Notes: generated by a model from the sequence alone, not told the origin. Positions 1 through 13,971 are shown, numbered from the stretch's first letter. The stretch is 64,000 nt of DNA from Chiloscyllium plagiosum (GCF_004010195.1 NC_057711.1:80810420-80874419), one strand, 5' to 3'. Program-made: numbers and translations.

Positions 1-3000
1 CGGACACCTGGATAACTGGGCCTTATTCTGGGGTAAATGGGACCTCTCCAAACAGGATGGTCTACACCTGAACCAGAGGAGTAACAATATCCTGGGGGGA
101 TGGGGGGGGGAATATTTGCTAATGATCTTCGGGAGGGTTTAAACTAATTCAGCAGGGGGATAGGAACCTAAATTGTAGTTCTAGTGTCCAGGAGGTTGAG
201 AGTAGGGAGGTCAGAAAGTCGCAACAGTTCATCAGCAAGCAGGAAGGTGGTTTGAAGTGTCAACTTCAACACTAGGAGCATCCAAAATAAGGTGGGTGAA
301 CTTGCAGTATGGGTTGGTAGCTGGAACTTTTGCCATTTCAGAGACATGGATAGAGCAAGGACGAGAATGGTTGTTGCAAGTTCCGGGATTTAGATGTTTC
401 AGTAAGAACAGAGAAAATGGTAAAAGAGGGGGTGGTGGGGCATTGTTAATCAAGCACAGTATTACAGTAGCAGAAAACACATTTGATGACTCATCCACTG
501 AGGTAGTACGGGCTGAGGTTAGAAACAGGAAAGGAGAGGTCATCCTGTTGGGAGTTTTCTCTAGGCCTCCAAATAGTTCCAGAGATGTAGGGGAAAGGAT
601 AGCAAAGATATTTCTGGAAAGGAGCAAGAGTTACAGGGTAGTTGTTATGGTGGACTTTAACTTTCCAAATATTGACTGGAAATACTATAGTTTGAGTACT
701 TGAGATGAGTCAGTTTTTGTCCTGTGTGTATGTGGGAGGGTTTCCTGACATAATATTTAGACAGGCCAAGGGGCAAAGCCACATTGGATTTGGTACTGGG
801 TAATGAACCTGGCCAGGTGTTAGATTTGGAGGTAGGTAAGCACTTTGGTCATAGTGACCACAATTCGGTTATGTTTACTTTAGTGATGGAATGGAATAGT
901 ATATAACACAGGGCGAGAGTTATTGCTGGGCAAGAAACAATTATGATTCGAATAGGCAAGATTTAGGATGCATAGGATAAGGAAGGAAACTGCAGGGGAT
1001 GGGCACAATTAAAATATGGAGCTTAATCAAGGAACAGCTAGTGCATGGCCTTGATAAATATGTACCTGTCAAGCAAGAAGGAAGTAGTCAAGTGAAGGAG
1101 CTGTGGTTTAGTAAAGAAGTCAAATCTCTTCTCAAGAGGACAACGAAGGCTTCTGTTAGGATGACACGTGAAGGCTCAGTTAGGGCACTTGAGAGTTACA
1201 AGTTAGCCAAGAAAGACCTGAAGGGAGAGCTAAGAGGAGTCAGGAGGGGACGTGAGAAATCATTGGCAGGTAAGATCAAGGAAAACCCCTAAAGCTTACT
1301 ATAGATATATCAGGAATAAAAGAACAACTAGAGAAAGATTAGGTCCAATCAAGGATAATGATGGGAAGCTGTGCATGGAGTCCAAGGAGTTAGAGGAAGC
1401 GCTACATTTTTTTTTTGTCAGTATTCACACTAGAAAAAGATAACGTTGTCAAGGAGAATACGGAGATGCAGACTACTAGAATAGATGGGATTGAGGTTCA
1501 CAAGGAGGTGATGTTAGCAATTCTGAAAAGTATGAAAATAGTTAACTCCTCTGGGGTGGATAGAATTTATCCTAGAATTCTCTAGAAACCCAGGGAGTAG
1601 ATTGTAGAGTCTTTGGCTTTGATCTTTATGTCATCATTGTCTACAGGAATAGTGCCAGAAGACTGGAGGATAGCAAATGTTGTCCATTTGTTCAAGCAGG
1701 GTAATTATAGACCAGTGAGCCTTACTTCGGTTATGGGTAAAGAGTTGGAAAAGGTTACAAGAGCTAGGATTTACAATCATCTAGAGAGGAATAAGTTGAT
1801 CGGGGATAGTCAACATGGTTTTGTGAAGGGTAGGTCGTGCCTCACAAACCTTATTGAGTTCTTTGAAATGGTGACCAAACAGGTGGATGAGGGTAAAGCA
1901 GTTGATGTGGTGTATATGGATTTCAGTAAGGTGTTTGATAAGGTTCCCCATGGTAGACTATTGCACAAAATAGAAAGGCATGGGATTGAGGGTGATTTAG
2001 CTAGGATCAGAAATTGGCTAGTTGAAAGACGACAGAGGATGGTGGGTGATAGGAAATGTTCATCCTGGAGTTGTTACTAGTGGTGTATCGCAAGGATCTG
2101 TTTTGGGTCCACTGTTGTTTGTCATTGTCATAAATGACCTAGATGAGGCTGTAGAAGGATGTGTTAGTAAATATGTGGATGACACTAAGGTCAGTAGAGT
2201 TGTAGATAGTGCTGAAGGATATTGCAGATTACAGAGGGACATACATAAGCTGCACAGCTGAGATGAGAGGTGGCAAAATGGAATTTTAAAGTAGAACAGT
2301 ATGAGGTCATTCACTTTGGAAATAGCAACAGTACTGGGCTAATAGTAAGATTCTTGGTAGTGTAGATGAGCAGAGAGATCTCGATGTCCATGTACAAAGA
2401 TCCCTGAAAGTTGCCATCCACGTTGATAAGAGTTGTTAAGAAAGCACACAGTGTGTTAGTTTTTATTGGTAGAGGGTTTGGGTTTCAGAGCCACAAGATC
2501 ATGCTGCAGTTGTACAAAACTCTGGTGCTGTTGCACTCAAGAGTATTGTGTACAGTTCTGCACACTGCATTATAGGAAGGATGTGGAAGCTTTAGAAAGG
2601 GTTCAGAGATTTACTAGGATGTTGCCTGGTATGGAGGGAACGTCTTATGAGGAAAGGCCGAGCGACTTGAGGCTGTTTTCTTTGGAGAGAAGGTTGAGAG
2701 GTGACTTAATTGAGACATGCAAGATAATCAGAGGAATGGATAGGGTGGACAGTGAGAGTTTTTTTCCACAAATGATGATGGCGAGCAGGAGGGAACATAG
2801 TTTTAAATTGAGGGGTGATAGATATAGGACAGATGTCAGAAGTAGTTTCTTTACTCAGGAGTAGTAGTAGAGGTGGGGAACGCACTGCCTGCAACAGTAG
2901 TAGACTCACCAACTTTAAGGGCATTTAAATAGTTATTGGATAAACATATAGATGAAAATGGAAGAGTGTAGGATAGATGGGCTTCTGATTGTTGCACCGA

Positions 3001-3068
3001 CCTGTGGAACCATCGAGGGCCGAATGGCCTAAACTGAGTTGTAATGTTCTATGTTTGATGTTCTGTGT
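1..3068 (+). mobile_element. CR1-clade LINE, decayed: ORF1 C-terminus plus near-complete ORF2 (AP endonuclease and reverse transcriptase) and 3' tail
   Basis: Fragments translate to DGLHLN (ORF1 esterase), KRGGGGALLIK and VVMVDFNFPNIDW (endonuclease), NYRPVSLTS, QHGFVKGRSCLTNL, VYMDFSKVFDKVPH, GVSQGSVLGPLLF and YVDDTK (RT). Many frameshifts and stops; short TTCTATG-like terminal repeats. Confidence 0.95.
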
Positions 3069-4954
3069 AATATCACCAAAATACTTCTGCATATAACTGG
3101 GTATTAAAGTACACATGCCTTATTTAAAAGATTATTGCAGGCAAGTATACAATTTTTTTTGGACAGTACCTTATGATCTTAAGGTAAAAGAAGGAAGAAA
3201 AGTCAAGGTAGGCCTTAGCTAATATGGAAACACCTCTGTAGAGAATTTGAAATGTCTAGTAACCTGAGCCATCTGATCCGACTGGCTGGATTCTGGGGAA
3301 CAATGTTTCAAAATATTCAGTCCAAAGAACAAGAGATGTCAAGCAATTGTAAGATCATTAAGTTTATTTACAGATAAGAGTCAATGAATATAACTTCATT
3401 ATTTAGCAATAACAAAATATTTTGCTGTGTAATGCAGACAGCAGACTTTTGCCGAACAGCACTACATGTTGCATTAACAGAATCAAAGCAATACTTAAAT
3501 TTTCCATAATGCAATTCTTCAAAAGTAACTCAATGCTTCTATTATTAAATTACTCAAGCAAACGAAGCTTATTTTTTCATAACTATTACTTAAAAAGGAT
3601 TTTAATGCTTAACATGGCATTACTTCCTGTCATTGTGAATTGTGTGATGTGAAGCCTACATAATGGCTAATCTGGACCCTCAAGCTGACTCTCCTGCCAA
3701 CAGAATTCAAAAGAAAAACCTCAAGTGGCAAACGCAAATCATCTTTTGAAAAGAAAACCCAATCGTGCATCACAATCAAGATGGCAGGCTCCCTAATGTG
3801 AATATAATGCCTATTATTCAGATATGTTTCCTCAGCTGCCACACCGATTCTCCTGGGACCAATACTTTCCAGGCTGTAAGAAATAAAGGAAGCATGTCTG
3901 AAAAACAGACCTGAAGCCCATGACAACTCATTTATCCTCACTAGCCTAACCCAAGCATAATGTGGGTAATGCACGAATAAGCTCATAGTGTTGATAAATA
4001 ACTTGGTGTGCTGCACATTTAAACAATTAGATAGTCATTAAGCTCCAAATAATATTATGTGATAATTCTATGCTGCACCTGGTGCAAATTATGACATTTT
4101 AATTCACCTACACACTCATTATGACACGCTTTATGCATGTGTGGCTAACTGCATCTTAATGAAAGAAACATAATATGGGAAAGAACAAAATATGTTCAAG
4201 CGTTAAAAGCATGTCATTTTCAAAGATGATCTTGATACACATGAGAGTAATTAGGACAGTACAAAGCAAGCTAAGGCTTTTCAGTGGCAGATCATGCCCA
4301 TATTACAGTATGAAGCTGTGAAAATTTGCCAGTGATTTTTTTTTAAAGAGTAGTTTCTGTAAAATGCCATGGATAATTTGTTATACTGGCACAAAACAAT
4401 AGAGCGTAAAAACCAGTGTAAAATAAATTTATTTTAGTACACAGCACGTCGAAGCCATTTTCCATTATTTTCTGAAATACAATGGACTATCCATTGGGCA
4501 GAAAAGTGATTCACACCATCAAGACACACTGGGGTAAAATTGCCTCAGGCACTTGTTCAGGCACAAATGATTTGCGTGCTTGAAGTGTGAAACTTATTAT
4601 TTATGGTATAATTAAGGCCCCAAATTGGTCCCGGTGTCATATTTGACTTGAATAGGTGAGCAGCGAACACAGTACATGCTAAAAAGTGGGATCTGGCTTA
4701 ATTGGATTGGGGCAGAATGGATGTTCCTGTCACCATCAAAACAGAGGCTCCTGATTACAGGCATCTAGAATTCAAGACCTGAGAAAACAGCAGAAAAAGG
4801 AGAAGCTCTCCAGTTTCTCTCACTTTTGGATGCTTCCTTGAAGTTATATTTGGAGGAGTTTGGCAGTAATAAGGAAGACCTCATTCAAATCAGCATTAGA
4901 GCAATCTGTAGTCACAACCTTAAGGACAGCATCCTTAGCCTAACTCTATCAATA

Positions 4955-5300
4955 GCAGTGGCACGGTGGCTCAGTGGTTAGCACTGCAGCCTCAGTGCAA
5001 GGAACCCAGATTCGGTTCCACCCTTGGTCAATTGCTTGTGCGGAGTTTGCACGTTCTGAGGGTTTCCTTTGGGTGCTCCACTTTCTTTCCATAAACCAAG
5101 AATGCGAACATTAGGTGGACTGGCCATGCCAAATTGTCCATAGTGTCCAGGAGTGTGATGAGGTATGTGGGTTAGCCATGGGAAATGCAGGGTTACAGAA
5201 TGGGGAATGGGTTTAGATAAGATACTCTGTGGAGGGTCAATGAGGACTTGATTGGTCAAATGATCTGCTTTCATACCATAGGAATTCCTTGATTCCATGA
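4955..5300 (+). mobile_element. HE1-type tRNA-derived V-SINE
   Basis: Head GGCACGGTGGCTCAGTGGTTAGCACTGC (A box), followed by GGAGTTTGCACGTTC of the V domain. Six related copies occur in this window. Confidence 0.85.
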
Positions 5301-5344
5301 CCTTCCCTATGTTAGATGGGCAAAATTGGGCTCTTTTACCGATT

Positions 5345-5830
5345 GAGAAAGTGAGGACTGCAGTTGCTGGAGAGTCAGAGTCAAAACATGTGGCATCGGG
5401 AAAACACAAGTCAGGCAACATCTGAGGAGCAGGGTAGTCGATGTTTCAGGCATACGCTCTTTATCAGGAAGGTGGGGGGGGTGTGTGGATAAAGAGGGTG
5501 GAGTGAGGTAGCTGGGAAGGTGAAAGGTAGATGCAGCTGGGCGGTGATGGTGATAGGTCGGAGGGGAAGGTGGAGCGGATAGGTGGGAAGGAAGATGGAT
5601 AGGTAGGATAGCTCAAGTGGACAGTGCTAAGTTGGACGGTTGAATTTGGGAGGAGATGGGGGAAGGGGAGATGAGGAACCCGGTGAAGTCAATGTTGATA
5701 CCGTGTGGTTGGAGTATCCGAAGGACTTGCATGTCTTTGGTGGAGTGGGAGGGGGAGTTGAAGTGGTTGGCCACAGGGCAATGGGGTTGTTTGGTGCTGA
5801 TGTCCCAGAGGTGTTCCCTGAAATGTTCCC
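5345..5830 (-). mobile_element. Penelope-like element 3' fragment with degenerate hammerhead-bearing terminus
   Basis: Minus strand translates to FREHLWDISTKQPHCPVANHFNSPSHS (C-terminal part of the GIY-YIG region). 5345-5470 matches the terminal sequence at 13843-13971 and 30395-30483. Confidence 0.75.
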
Positions 5831-5985
5831 ACACCCCAACCCTCCTATTTATCTCTGAGCTCCCTTCCACCCCTCCTTTTCAAAGTTGTTGTCGATTCTG
5901 CTTTCAATATATTGAACTCTAGATCCTATCAACAGCCTGCATAAAACACTTCACGAACCGCATTCCACTAATCTTAATGATATAT

Positions 5986-6296
5986 GGTGGCACGGTGGCT
6001 CAGTGGTTAGCACTGCTGCTTCAATTCCGGCCTCGGGCAATTGTCTATGTGGAGTTTGCACATTCTCCCCGTGTCTATGTGGGTTTCTTCCGGGTGCTCT
6101 GGTTTCCTCCCACAGTCCAAAGATGTGCAGATTAGGTGAATTGGCTATGCTAGATTGCCCATAGTATCAGGTGAAGGGGTAAATGTAGGGGGATGGGTCT
6201 GGGTGGGTTACTCTTCGGAGGGTTACTCTTCGGAGGGTTGGTGTGAACTGATTGGGCCAAAGGACCTGTTCCCACACTGTAGGGAATCTAATCTTA
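5986..6296 (+). mobile_element. HE1-type V-SINE
   Basis: GGCACGGTGGCTCAGTGGTTAGCACTGCTG head, V domain, and CTGTAGGGAATCTAATCT tail. Confidence 0.9.
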
Positions 6297-6689
6297 ATAT
6301 CACTGAGCAAGCTCTGACTGTGGACTGCAGAAATCTAGGAAGTCAACTTGCCATCACTTTCTCAAGGGCAATAAGGTATGGACAAAGTATTGACCTTGCT
6401 ATCTAACCACAAATCTTATGAACAAATAAAACTGGGAACAGAGGTAACACAGGAGGACTGTGTGTGTTAATCCATATCATAATTTTGAAGACAGTTTAAT
6501 GGACATCTGAGGCATTGGTCACCTTAAGGAAAACATGAAAGGTTATGTCTCACAAGGATTTTGGTCAGCCAATCATATTTCTTACTTCACTCAAATGTCA
6601 TTCTCCATCACTATGAGGTGAAGACTCAGTTACAATGGCATCCCAGAACCCCAAGCTAATGCTGTGTGGCATTGATTTGAAACTTACCA

Positions 6690-8400
6690 AAGCAGATGGT
6701 AAAGTTCAAATTCAATTAAATCTAGTATTAAAAGCTAGCCTCATGGTCATCATGTAACCATCGTTGATCATAAGCAGAACGTATCTGGTGCACTAGCCCC
6801 TTTAGAGGAGGGGATCTGTTGTCATTACCCTGTTTAAGCTAGTACTGCCTGTAATGTCCTCCTTACCAACATCTATGGGACTATGCCAAAATTGGGAGAG
6901 CTGCCTCACCAACTAGTCAAGTTCATGGAATCATACATCATAGGCAATGTCCCAGATACATTGCCCACCCACATTATAATCAAGCTGGGAGATCAGCCCC
7001 AGTTCAATGGAGAGTGCAGGAGGGCATGCCAGAAGAAGCACCAAACATTCTTTAAAGTGAAGTGTCAATCTAGTGAGGCTACAATATAAGAGAACCAGGA
7101 TGCCAAGTGGGGGAAAGAAAATGCGATAAGCAATCCCCCAACCAACAGATCAATCTAAACTCTGCAATCTGGCCACAGCCAGTTGCGAATAGTGTGGGCA
7201 TTTAAACAGTTAGAAAGAGGAGGCTCCACAGCATACCAATCTCAATGTTCTGGGAGGTGAGTTTGTGTCGGTGTGGATGGGGTGAGGGGTAGGTGAAGAA
7301 GAAAAGCTCACACATCAGTGAAAAAGGCAAGGCTGAAGTATTTACATCCACCTTCAGCCATCACCCCCATCTCGACTTCCTCTCAGTTTTCAGCATCACA
7401 GATGTCAATCTCCAGCCAATTCAATTCACTCCACATGATATCAAGAGACAGCTGAAGCAACTGCATAGACTATTAGTCCTGACAGCTTTCCTGCAAATCT
7501 GTCAAATACTTGAGCTCCAAAATTAGCCCTGTTCTAAGCCAAGCTGTTTCAGTATATTTACAATACTGGCATCTTACCAACAAAATGAAAAAATGTCCAG
7601 CTAAGTCCTATCCACAAAAAAAAAGGACAAATTCAACATAATCTCTCAATCATCAGCAAAGTGAGGTGAGGACTTGTGGACAGTGTTATCAGACAGTACT
7701 CCCAAAAGGAATAACTGCTTATGAATACACTGTTTGGGTTTCACAGGGAGGATTCAGCTCCTGACCATATCACAAATTAGTCTAAAAACAGACAAAGGAG
7801 CTGAACTACAGAGATGGGGTGAGAGTGACTGCTGTCTACATTAAGGTAGCACTTAACTGATGACGACATCAGGGGGTCCTAGTGAAATTGAAAATCAGTG
7901 GGAATGTAGGGAAGGGTCTCCATTGGTTGAAGGCATACCTGGTACAAATAAATGGTTGTAATTGCTGCAGGGCAACGTTTTCAGCTCCAGGGTCCAAATG
8001 AGTTAAGCTACTTGATTAGCATCCCAACCACAACTCAACATTTACTTCCTATAGGACTGACTTACAATAGCAGCTTTACTTACTATACAAAATGCACTGC
8101 ACCTTCTTATTCTCCTTCAACTGCAGCTTGTTAATCCACGGCATTTGGAAGAACAAGAGCAACAGACGCACAGGAACACCACCTGCAAGTTCCCATCCAA
8201 GTCACTTATCATCCAAACTTACAACTATGTTGCCATTACTTCACTGCCACTGGGGCAAAATCCTGGAATTCCCTTCCTAACAGCAGTGTGCGCGCTCCTA
8301 CACACCAAGACAGCAGCAATTCATCAAGGCACCTCACCATGCATGAGCAATAAATACTAGCCTAGTCAGTAACAATAATAGCCCATGAATGAATATAAAA
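6690..8400 (+). mobile_element. Old SINE fragment (about 6690-6835) followed by a decayed L2-like (CR1-group) LINE remnant
   Basis: 6690-6835 resembles 27910-28050. MPKLGEL..LVK is shared with 24522-24752, LQPIQFTPHDIKRQLK is ORF2-like, and the element ends in GCAATAAAT...ATGAATGAAT. Confidence 0.65.
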
Positions 8401-8429
8401 AATTTTTGGAGTACCCTTGATCTTACGAC

Positions 8430-9035
8430 ATTTCTTTAACCTTGGGATGTGAGCATTACTGGCAAGATAGATATATATTTATTGTCAAATTTCCCTTGTG
8501 CAGATAGCGGGGATTACTTTCTTGAACTACTAGCATTCATATGAAGTAGGTACACTCATAGATCAGAGGTAGGGATTTCAGAACTTTAGTCGAGGAACAA
8601 TGAAGAAACAATAAAATTGCTCCAAGTCAGAGTGGTTTGTGGCTCGGAGTAGAACTTGCAGGTGATGCTGTCCCAAGTGCCTGCTGCTTTTGTTCTTCAA
8701 GGTGGTGTATGTGACAGATTTGAAGGGAACTGTTAAAACATTCTTAGGTGAATTGCTGCATTGTATTTTGTAGATGGCACTCAATGCTGCTACTTTGCAC
8801 TAGTCATGGAGACAGTGAATGCATAAGGTGGCAAACAGTATGTCAATTAAACAAAGAGTATGTGGCCTTGGATGTTGCCAAATTTTGATTGTTTTTGGAT
8901 CTGCAGTCATCCACCCAAATGGGGAGTATTATCCCACATTCTTGACTTATTGCAATTGTTGTCAAATAGGATTTAGGGAGTCAGATGGCAAGTCATGTCT
9001 TGCATAATTCCCGGTCTCCAACCTGGATATTTTCT
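8430..9035 (-). mobile_element. Decayed L2-like LINE 3' fragment
   Basis: Reverse-complement similarity to 8130-8400 and to the fragments at 31700-31990 and 46290-46900. Confidence 0.6.
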
Positions 9036-9249
9036 AATCAACCAGTTCAGAGATGGTATTACATACCTCTGGAGTAGAGAGGGCTTAAACTAGGTCACCT
9101 GGTCCAGAGATAGGCACACCTCCACTGCATAATAACAACTCTTTCAGTCTCTGATCTGATTTTCTTCTCGTTATTGATTGTTCAGAAACTTGACATGAAA
9201 TATGATCAATAGGGTGCTTATGATAATACCTTGCTTTTCAGGTCAACCA

Positions 9250-11040
9250 CCTGAAAACATTCTAGGGAGGTCAGGGTACAGGAATTTGTGATGAGCGACG
9301 AAGACTACCTTGAGCAGATTGAAAACAGGAGCATGGAAGAATTGCAGATTTTGGCCAGCTTAAAATCAGCCCAATCTCTAGGTCCAAATGAGTTGTATCT
9401 CAGCCCGCTGTGGAAGACTGGAGGAACTTACAGGGGTGTGGAGCTAAATATTTAATTTCCCCTTTGGCCACGGAGAGGTGCTGGAAGACTGGAGGGCAGC
9501 TCACGTGGGTCCACCTTTCAAGAAGGCTGGTAGAGATAAACCAGAGAATTACAGATCACTAAGTCTTGCATCAATGGTGGTGAAACAATTGGAGAAAATT
9601 CTGAAGGTGAGAATTATTCTTCACTTGTAGGGGTAAGGTTTGATCAGGGATAGTTAACATGTCTTTGTCAAGAGGGAGGTCATCCCTAATAAATCTGATT
9701 GAATTTCTCAAGAAGGTGACCAGGTGTGTAGATGAGGGTAGTGCAGTAGCTATAGTTTTTATGAATTTCAGCAAAACCTTTGACAAGATCCCACATGGGA
9801 GACTAATAAAAATATAAGGGATCCAGGGTAACTTGGTGAGTTGGATTCAAAACTGGCAGCAGTAGGAGACAGAGGGTGGAGGCAGAAAGCTTTTTGTGTC
9901 ATTGGAAGCCATTTCTAGTGACTTTTCAAAGGGATCAGTATTGGATTCTTTATTGTTTGTGATATAGGTAAACAATATAGGAGAGAAGTGGAAGGGATCA
10001 TAGTAAGTTTTGTGGATGACACAAAGATTGGCCAGGTAGCTGACAACGAGGAAGAAGTTCTTTGGTTACAGGAGGATGTAGTCAAAAAGTCAGGTCAGGC
10101 AGTGTCCAAGGACTGGGAGAGTCGACTCTCCTATTCTTCAGATGCTGCATGACCTGCTGAGCTTTTACAGTGCCAGCCTTTTTGATTCTTATATCTAGCT
10201 TCTGCAGTCCTCACTTTCTCTAATGGAGTATGTAGACAGGTTGGTCAGATGGACATGTCAACTGGAATTTAACTCTGATAACTGAGATTATCTTTGGAAG
10301 AAGTAACAAGACAAGGGAAAACTCATTGAATGCCAGGACACACAAAAGCTCAAAGGAATTAAAGGATCTTGGGCTGCTTATCCACAAATCTCTGAAGATG
10401 GAAGGATAGGTTAATATAGTAGTTAAGGAGGCATACAGATGTGTGCCATTATTAGTCATGGCAGAGATTATAAGACTAGGGAGGTCAAGTTGGAGCTGTG
10501 CAGAACTTTGATTAGGCCTTAGCTGGAATACTGAATGCATTTATGGTCACCACTATAAAATGGATGCGATTGCATTGGAGAGGGGGCAGAGGAGATTCAC
10601 CCAGGATATTATCTGGACTGAAGCACTTTTGCTATGAAAGGAGGTTGGATAAGCTCGGATTGTGTTTTTGGAGCAGAGAAGGCTAAGAGATAACTGGATT
10701 GACAGGTATAAGATTATGAGGGGCATGGACAGGGTGGAAAGGGAGCAGTTTTTCCCCTTAGTTAAAGGATTGATAACAAATCGGCACAATTTGAAGATGA
10801 AAAATAGGAGGCTTTGAGGAAAAATATTTTCTCCCAAAGAGTGATGAGAATCTGGAATGGACTACCTGATAGGGTAGTTCAGGAGGTAAACCTCAACCTT
10901 TAAGAACGTACTTGGATGAGCACTTGAAATGTCATAACATTAATGGTTATTAATCAGTGGGAATAGTGTAGAGTCATAGCTTTGTCGGTACAGATTTGAT
11001 GAGCCAAAGTGCCTCTGCTGTTTGGTAAGATTTATGAAGT
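9250..11040 (+). mobile_element. Decayed CR1 LINE (RT and 3' end), interrupted at 10082-10224
   Basis: Nucleotide similarity to the RT of 1600-3000 (GAAGACTGGAGG, AATTTCAGCAAAACCTTTGACAAG, GTGGATGACACAAAGATTGG). Confidence 0.85.
10082..10224. mobile_element. Short fold-back insertion derived from a Penelope-like terminus
   Basis: 33-nt inverted arms (10091-10123 and 10124-10156, 25/33 matching) meet at GTC|GAC. Flanked by GGAGGATGTAG (10071-10081) and GGAGTATGTAG (10225-10235). Confidence 0.75.
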
Positions 11041-11399
11041 CTCATTCAACACAAGTTGCTCACCAATGGTCACCCTGTGTATTTTTAGAGGGTTAGTTAA
11101 AGGAGTCTGCACTTGGAGTTGTGTCATGCACCAAGGAGCAATATCAGAGGAAAGGATGGTGTAAGAAGTTATTGACTGGAGGAAGAGTGCATACCCTAAA
11201 CCTGCCCATTAAAGTACAAATCCAGATTTCCAGGGTCCAGCCAATAAAGGCTGATAGTTAGATGCAATGGACCTTTTAAGTACACCACATTTCCAACTAG
11301 CCAGCTTATCAGGAGTCCAGCTCCAATTTACATATCATGTTTTCCATAACATCAAGGTAATTTAGTCAATCATGGAACAAATGATAAGACTTGACTCTC

Positions 11400-11800
11400 A
11401 GTAGCATTCCTCCCTTATCTTTATTATCTGAAAAAAAAAGTTTGAAGAACATTCCAAACAATCTATTTCAATGTTCCTATGATTTTTCTCCATGGTTGCA
11501 CACAGCAGTACCCTGAGGATTGATGTTCAATTCATGGAGACTCTAGGCCAATCCCAAGAGAACTATCATCCCCAGCAGGGCCATACGGCCACAACTCTCA
11601 CCAAGAAACTGTAGTCATCAGCCAGATCCACAGACAGAATGGCCTGTAATTGTGAATCTCGAATATCTACAATGGAAGCAGTCTTCCATTGCCAATCAGA
11701 TTGGTTGAATTTTATATGTTTAAAAAAAAAGTTAGGCAATTTGAGAAAGATGCTTCTTGGAGGAGTAAACTTCTTTTGGATTGCTGTCAGTCTTTCTGGG
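11400..11800 (-). mobile_element. Possible highly decayed PIF/Harbinger transposase remnant
   Basis: Frameshifted minus-strand pieces HNYRPF, DDYSFL and PYGPAGDDS recall the Harbinger NYKGF..DADYKFL..GAYGR..D motif series. Similarity is weak. Confidence 0.4.
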
Positions 11801-13842
11801 ATTAGCAAAATAATAGCACCACCCATTAAGTTGCATGGCATAACAGCATTTAGATGGACTGAGTGAGGACGGGATGCGATCTGAAAAGGGACTATTAGTG
11901 CAAGGCAGGCATGGATTTCTTTAATAATTTGCTCCCTTATCATTCTGGAGGTCACAGTACTGCTGAACATTATACGTCCACTATACCCACCATTTGATCA
12001 TCCTCTTCTTGGTGCCAAGTAAATGATCCTGCTCGGCATCATCCTGGAAGGTCCCAGCATCACAAGTGCCAGTTTTCAGCCATTTGATTCACTACACAGA
12101 GTCAGAGATGTACAGCATGGAAACAGACCCTTCAATCCAACCTGTCCATGCCGACCAGATATCCCAACCCAATCTAGTCCCACCTGGCAGCACCCGGCCC
12201 ATATCCCTCTAAACCCTTCCTATTCATATACCTATCCAAATGCCTCTTCAATGTTGCAATTGTACCAGCCTCCACCACTTCCTGTGGCAGCTCATTCCAT
12301 ACACGTACCACCCTCAGCGTAAAAAAGTTGCCCCTTAGGTCTCTTTTATATCTTTCCCCTCTCATCCTAAACCTATGCCCTCTAGTTCTGGACTTCCCGA
12401 TCCCAGCGAAAAGACTGTCTATTTATCCTATCCATGCCCCTCCTGATTTTATAAACCTCTATAAAGGTCACGCCTCAACCTCCGACGCTCCAGAGAAAAC
12501 AGCCCCAAGCCTGTTCAGCCTCTCCCTATAGCTCAAATCCTCCAAGCTTGGCAACATCCTTGTAAATCTTTTCTGAACCCTTTCAAGTTTCACAACATCT
12601 TTCCAATAGGAAGGAGACAGGAATTGCATGCAATATTCCAACAGTGGGCTAATCAATGTCCTGTACAGCCGCAACCTGACCTCCCAACCCCTATACTCAA
12701 TACTCTGACCAATAAAGGAAAGCATACCAAACGCTTTCTTCACTACCCTATCTACCTGCGACTCCACTTTCAAGGAGCTTTGAACCTGCTTTCCAAGGTC
12801 TCTCTGTTCAGCAACACTCCCCAGGACCTTAACATTAAGTTAAGGTATACATCCTGCTAAGATTTGCTTTCATAAAATGCAGCACCTCGCATTTATCAAA
12901 ATTAAACTCCATCTACCACTCCTCAGCCCATTGGCCCATCTTGTCAAGATTCTGTTGTAACCCGAGGTAACCCTCTTCACTGTTCACTATATCTCCTATT
13001 TTGGCGTCATCGGCAAACTTACTAATTGTACCTCTTACGCTCACATCCAATGACAAAACGTAGTGGACCCAGCACCAGTCCTTGTGGCACTCCGTTGGTC
13101 ACAGGCCTCCAGTCTGAAAAACAACACACCACCACCACCCTTTGTCTTCTACCTCTGAGCTAGTTCTGCATCCACATGGCTAATTCTTCGTGTATTCAGC
13201 GAGATCTAACCTTGCTAACCAGTCTCCCATGGGTAACCTCGTCGAACACCTTACTGAAGTCCATATAGATCACATCTACCACTCTGCCCTCATCAATCCT
13301 CTTTGTTACTTCTTCAAAAAACTCAATCAAGTTTGTGAGACATGATTTCCCACACACAAAGTCATGTTGACTATTCCTAATCAGTCCTTGCCTTTCCAAA
13401 TACATGTACATCCTATCCCTCAGGATTCCCTCCAACAACTTGCCCACCACTGACGTCAAGTTCACTGGTCTATAGTTTCCTGGCTTATCCTTAACACCCT
13501 TCTTAAACTGTGGCACTATGTTAGCCAACCTCCAGTCTTCCAGCACCTCACCTGTGACTATCGATGATACAAATATCTAAGCAAGGGGCCGCAGCAATAA
13601 CTTCTCTAGCTTCCCACAGAGTTCTAGGGTATACCTGGGGATTTATCCAACTTTGTGTTTCAAGACATCCAGCACTTCCCCCTCTGTAATATGGACATTT
13701 TACAAGGTGTCACCATCTATTTCCCTACATTCTATACCTTCCATACCATTTTCCACAGTAAATACCGATGCAAAATATCTCATTTAGTATCTCCCCCATT
13801 TTCTGCGGATCCATACAAAGGCCGCCTTGCTGATCTTTGAGA

Positions 13843-13971
13843 GGAGAAAGTGAGGTCTGCAGATGCTGGAGATCAGAGCTGAAAATGTATTTCTGGAGAA
13901 GCGCAGCAGGTCAGGCAGCATCCAGGGAACAGGAGAATCGACGTTTCGGGCATAAGCCCTTCTTCAGGAAT
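13843..13971 (-). mobile_element. Solo Penelope-like terminal element inserted in CR1
   Basis: Near-identical (reverse complement) to 30395-30483. ATCTTTG occurs on both sides (13833-13839 and 13970-13976), a possible TSD. Confidence 0.8.

Noticed and set aside
257..2864. Endonuclease and RT ORFs as a functional gene
   Set aside because: Fragmented by many frameshifts and stops; a dead CR1 copy.
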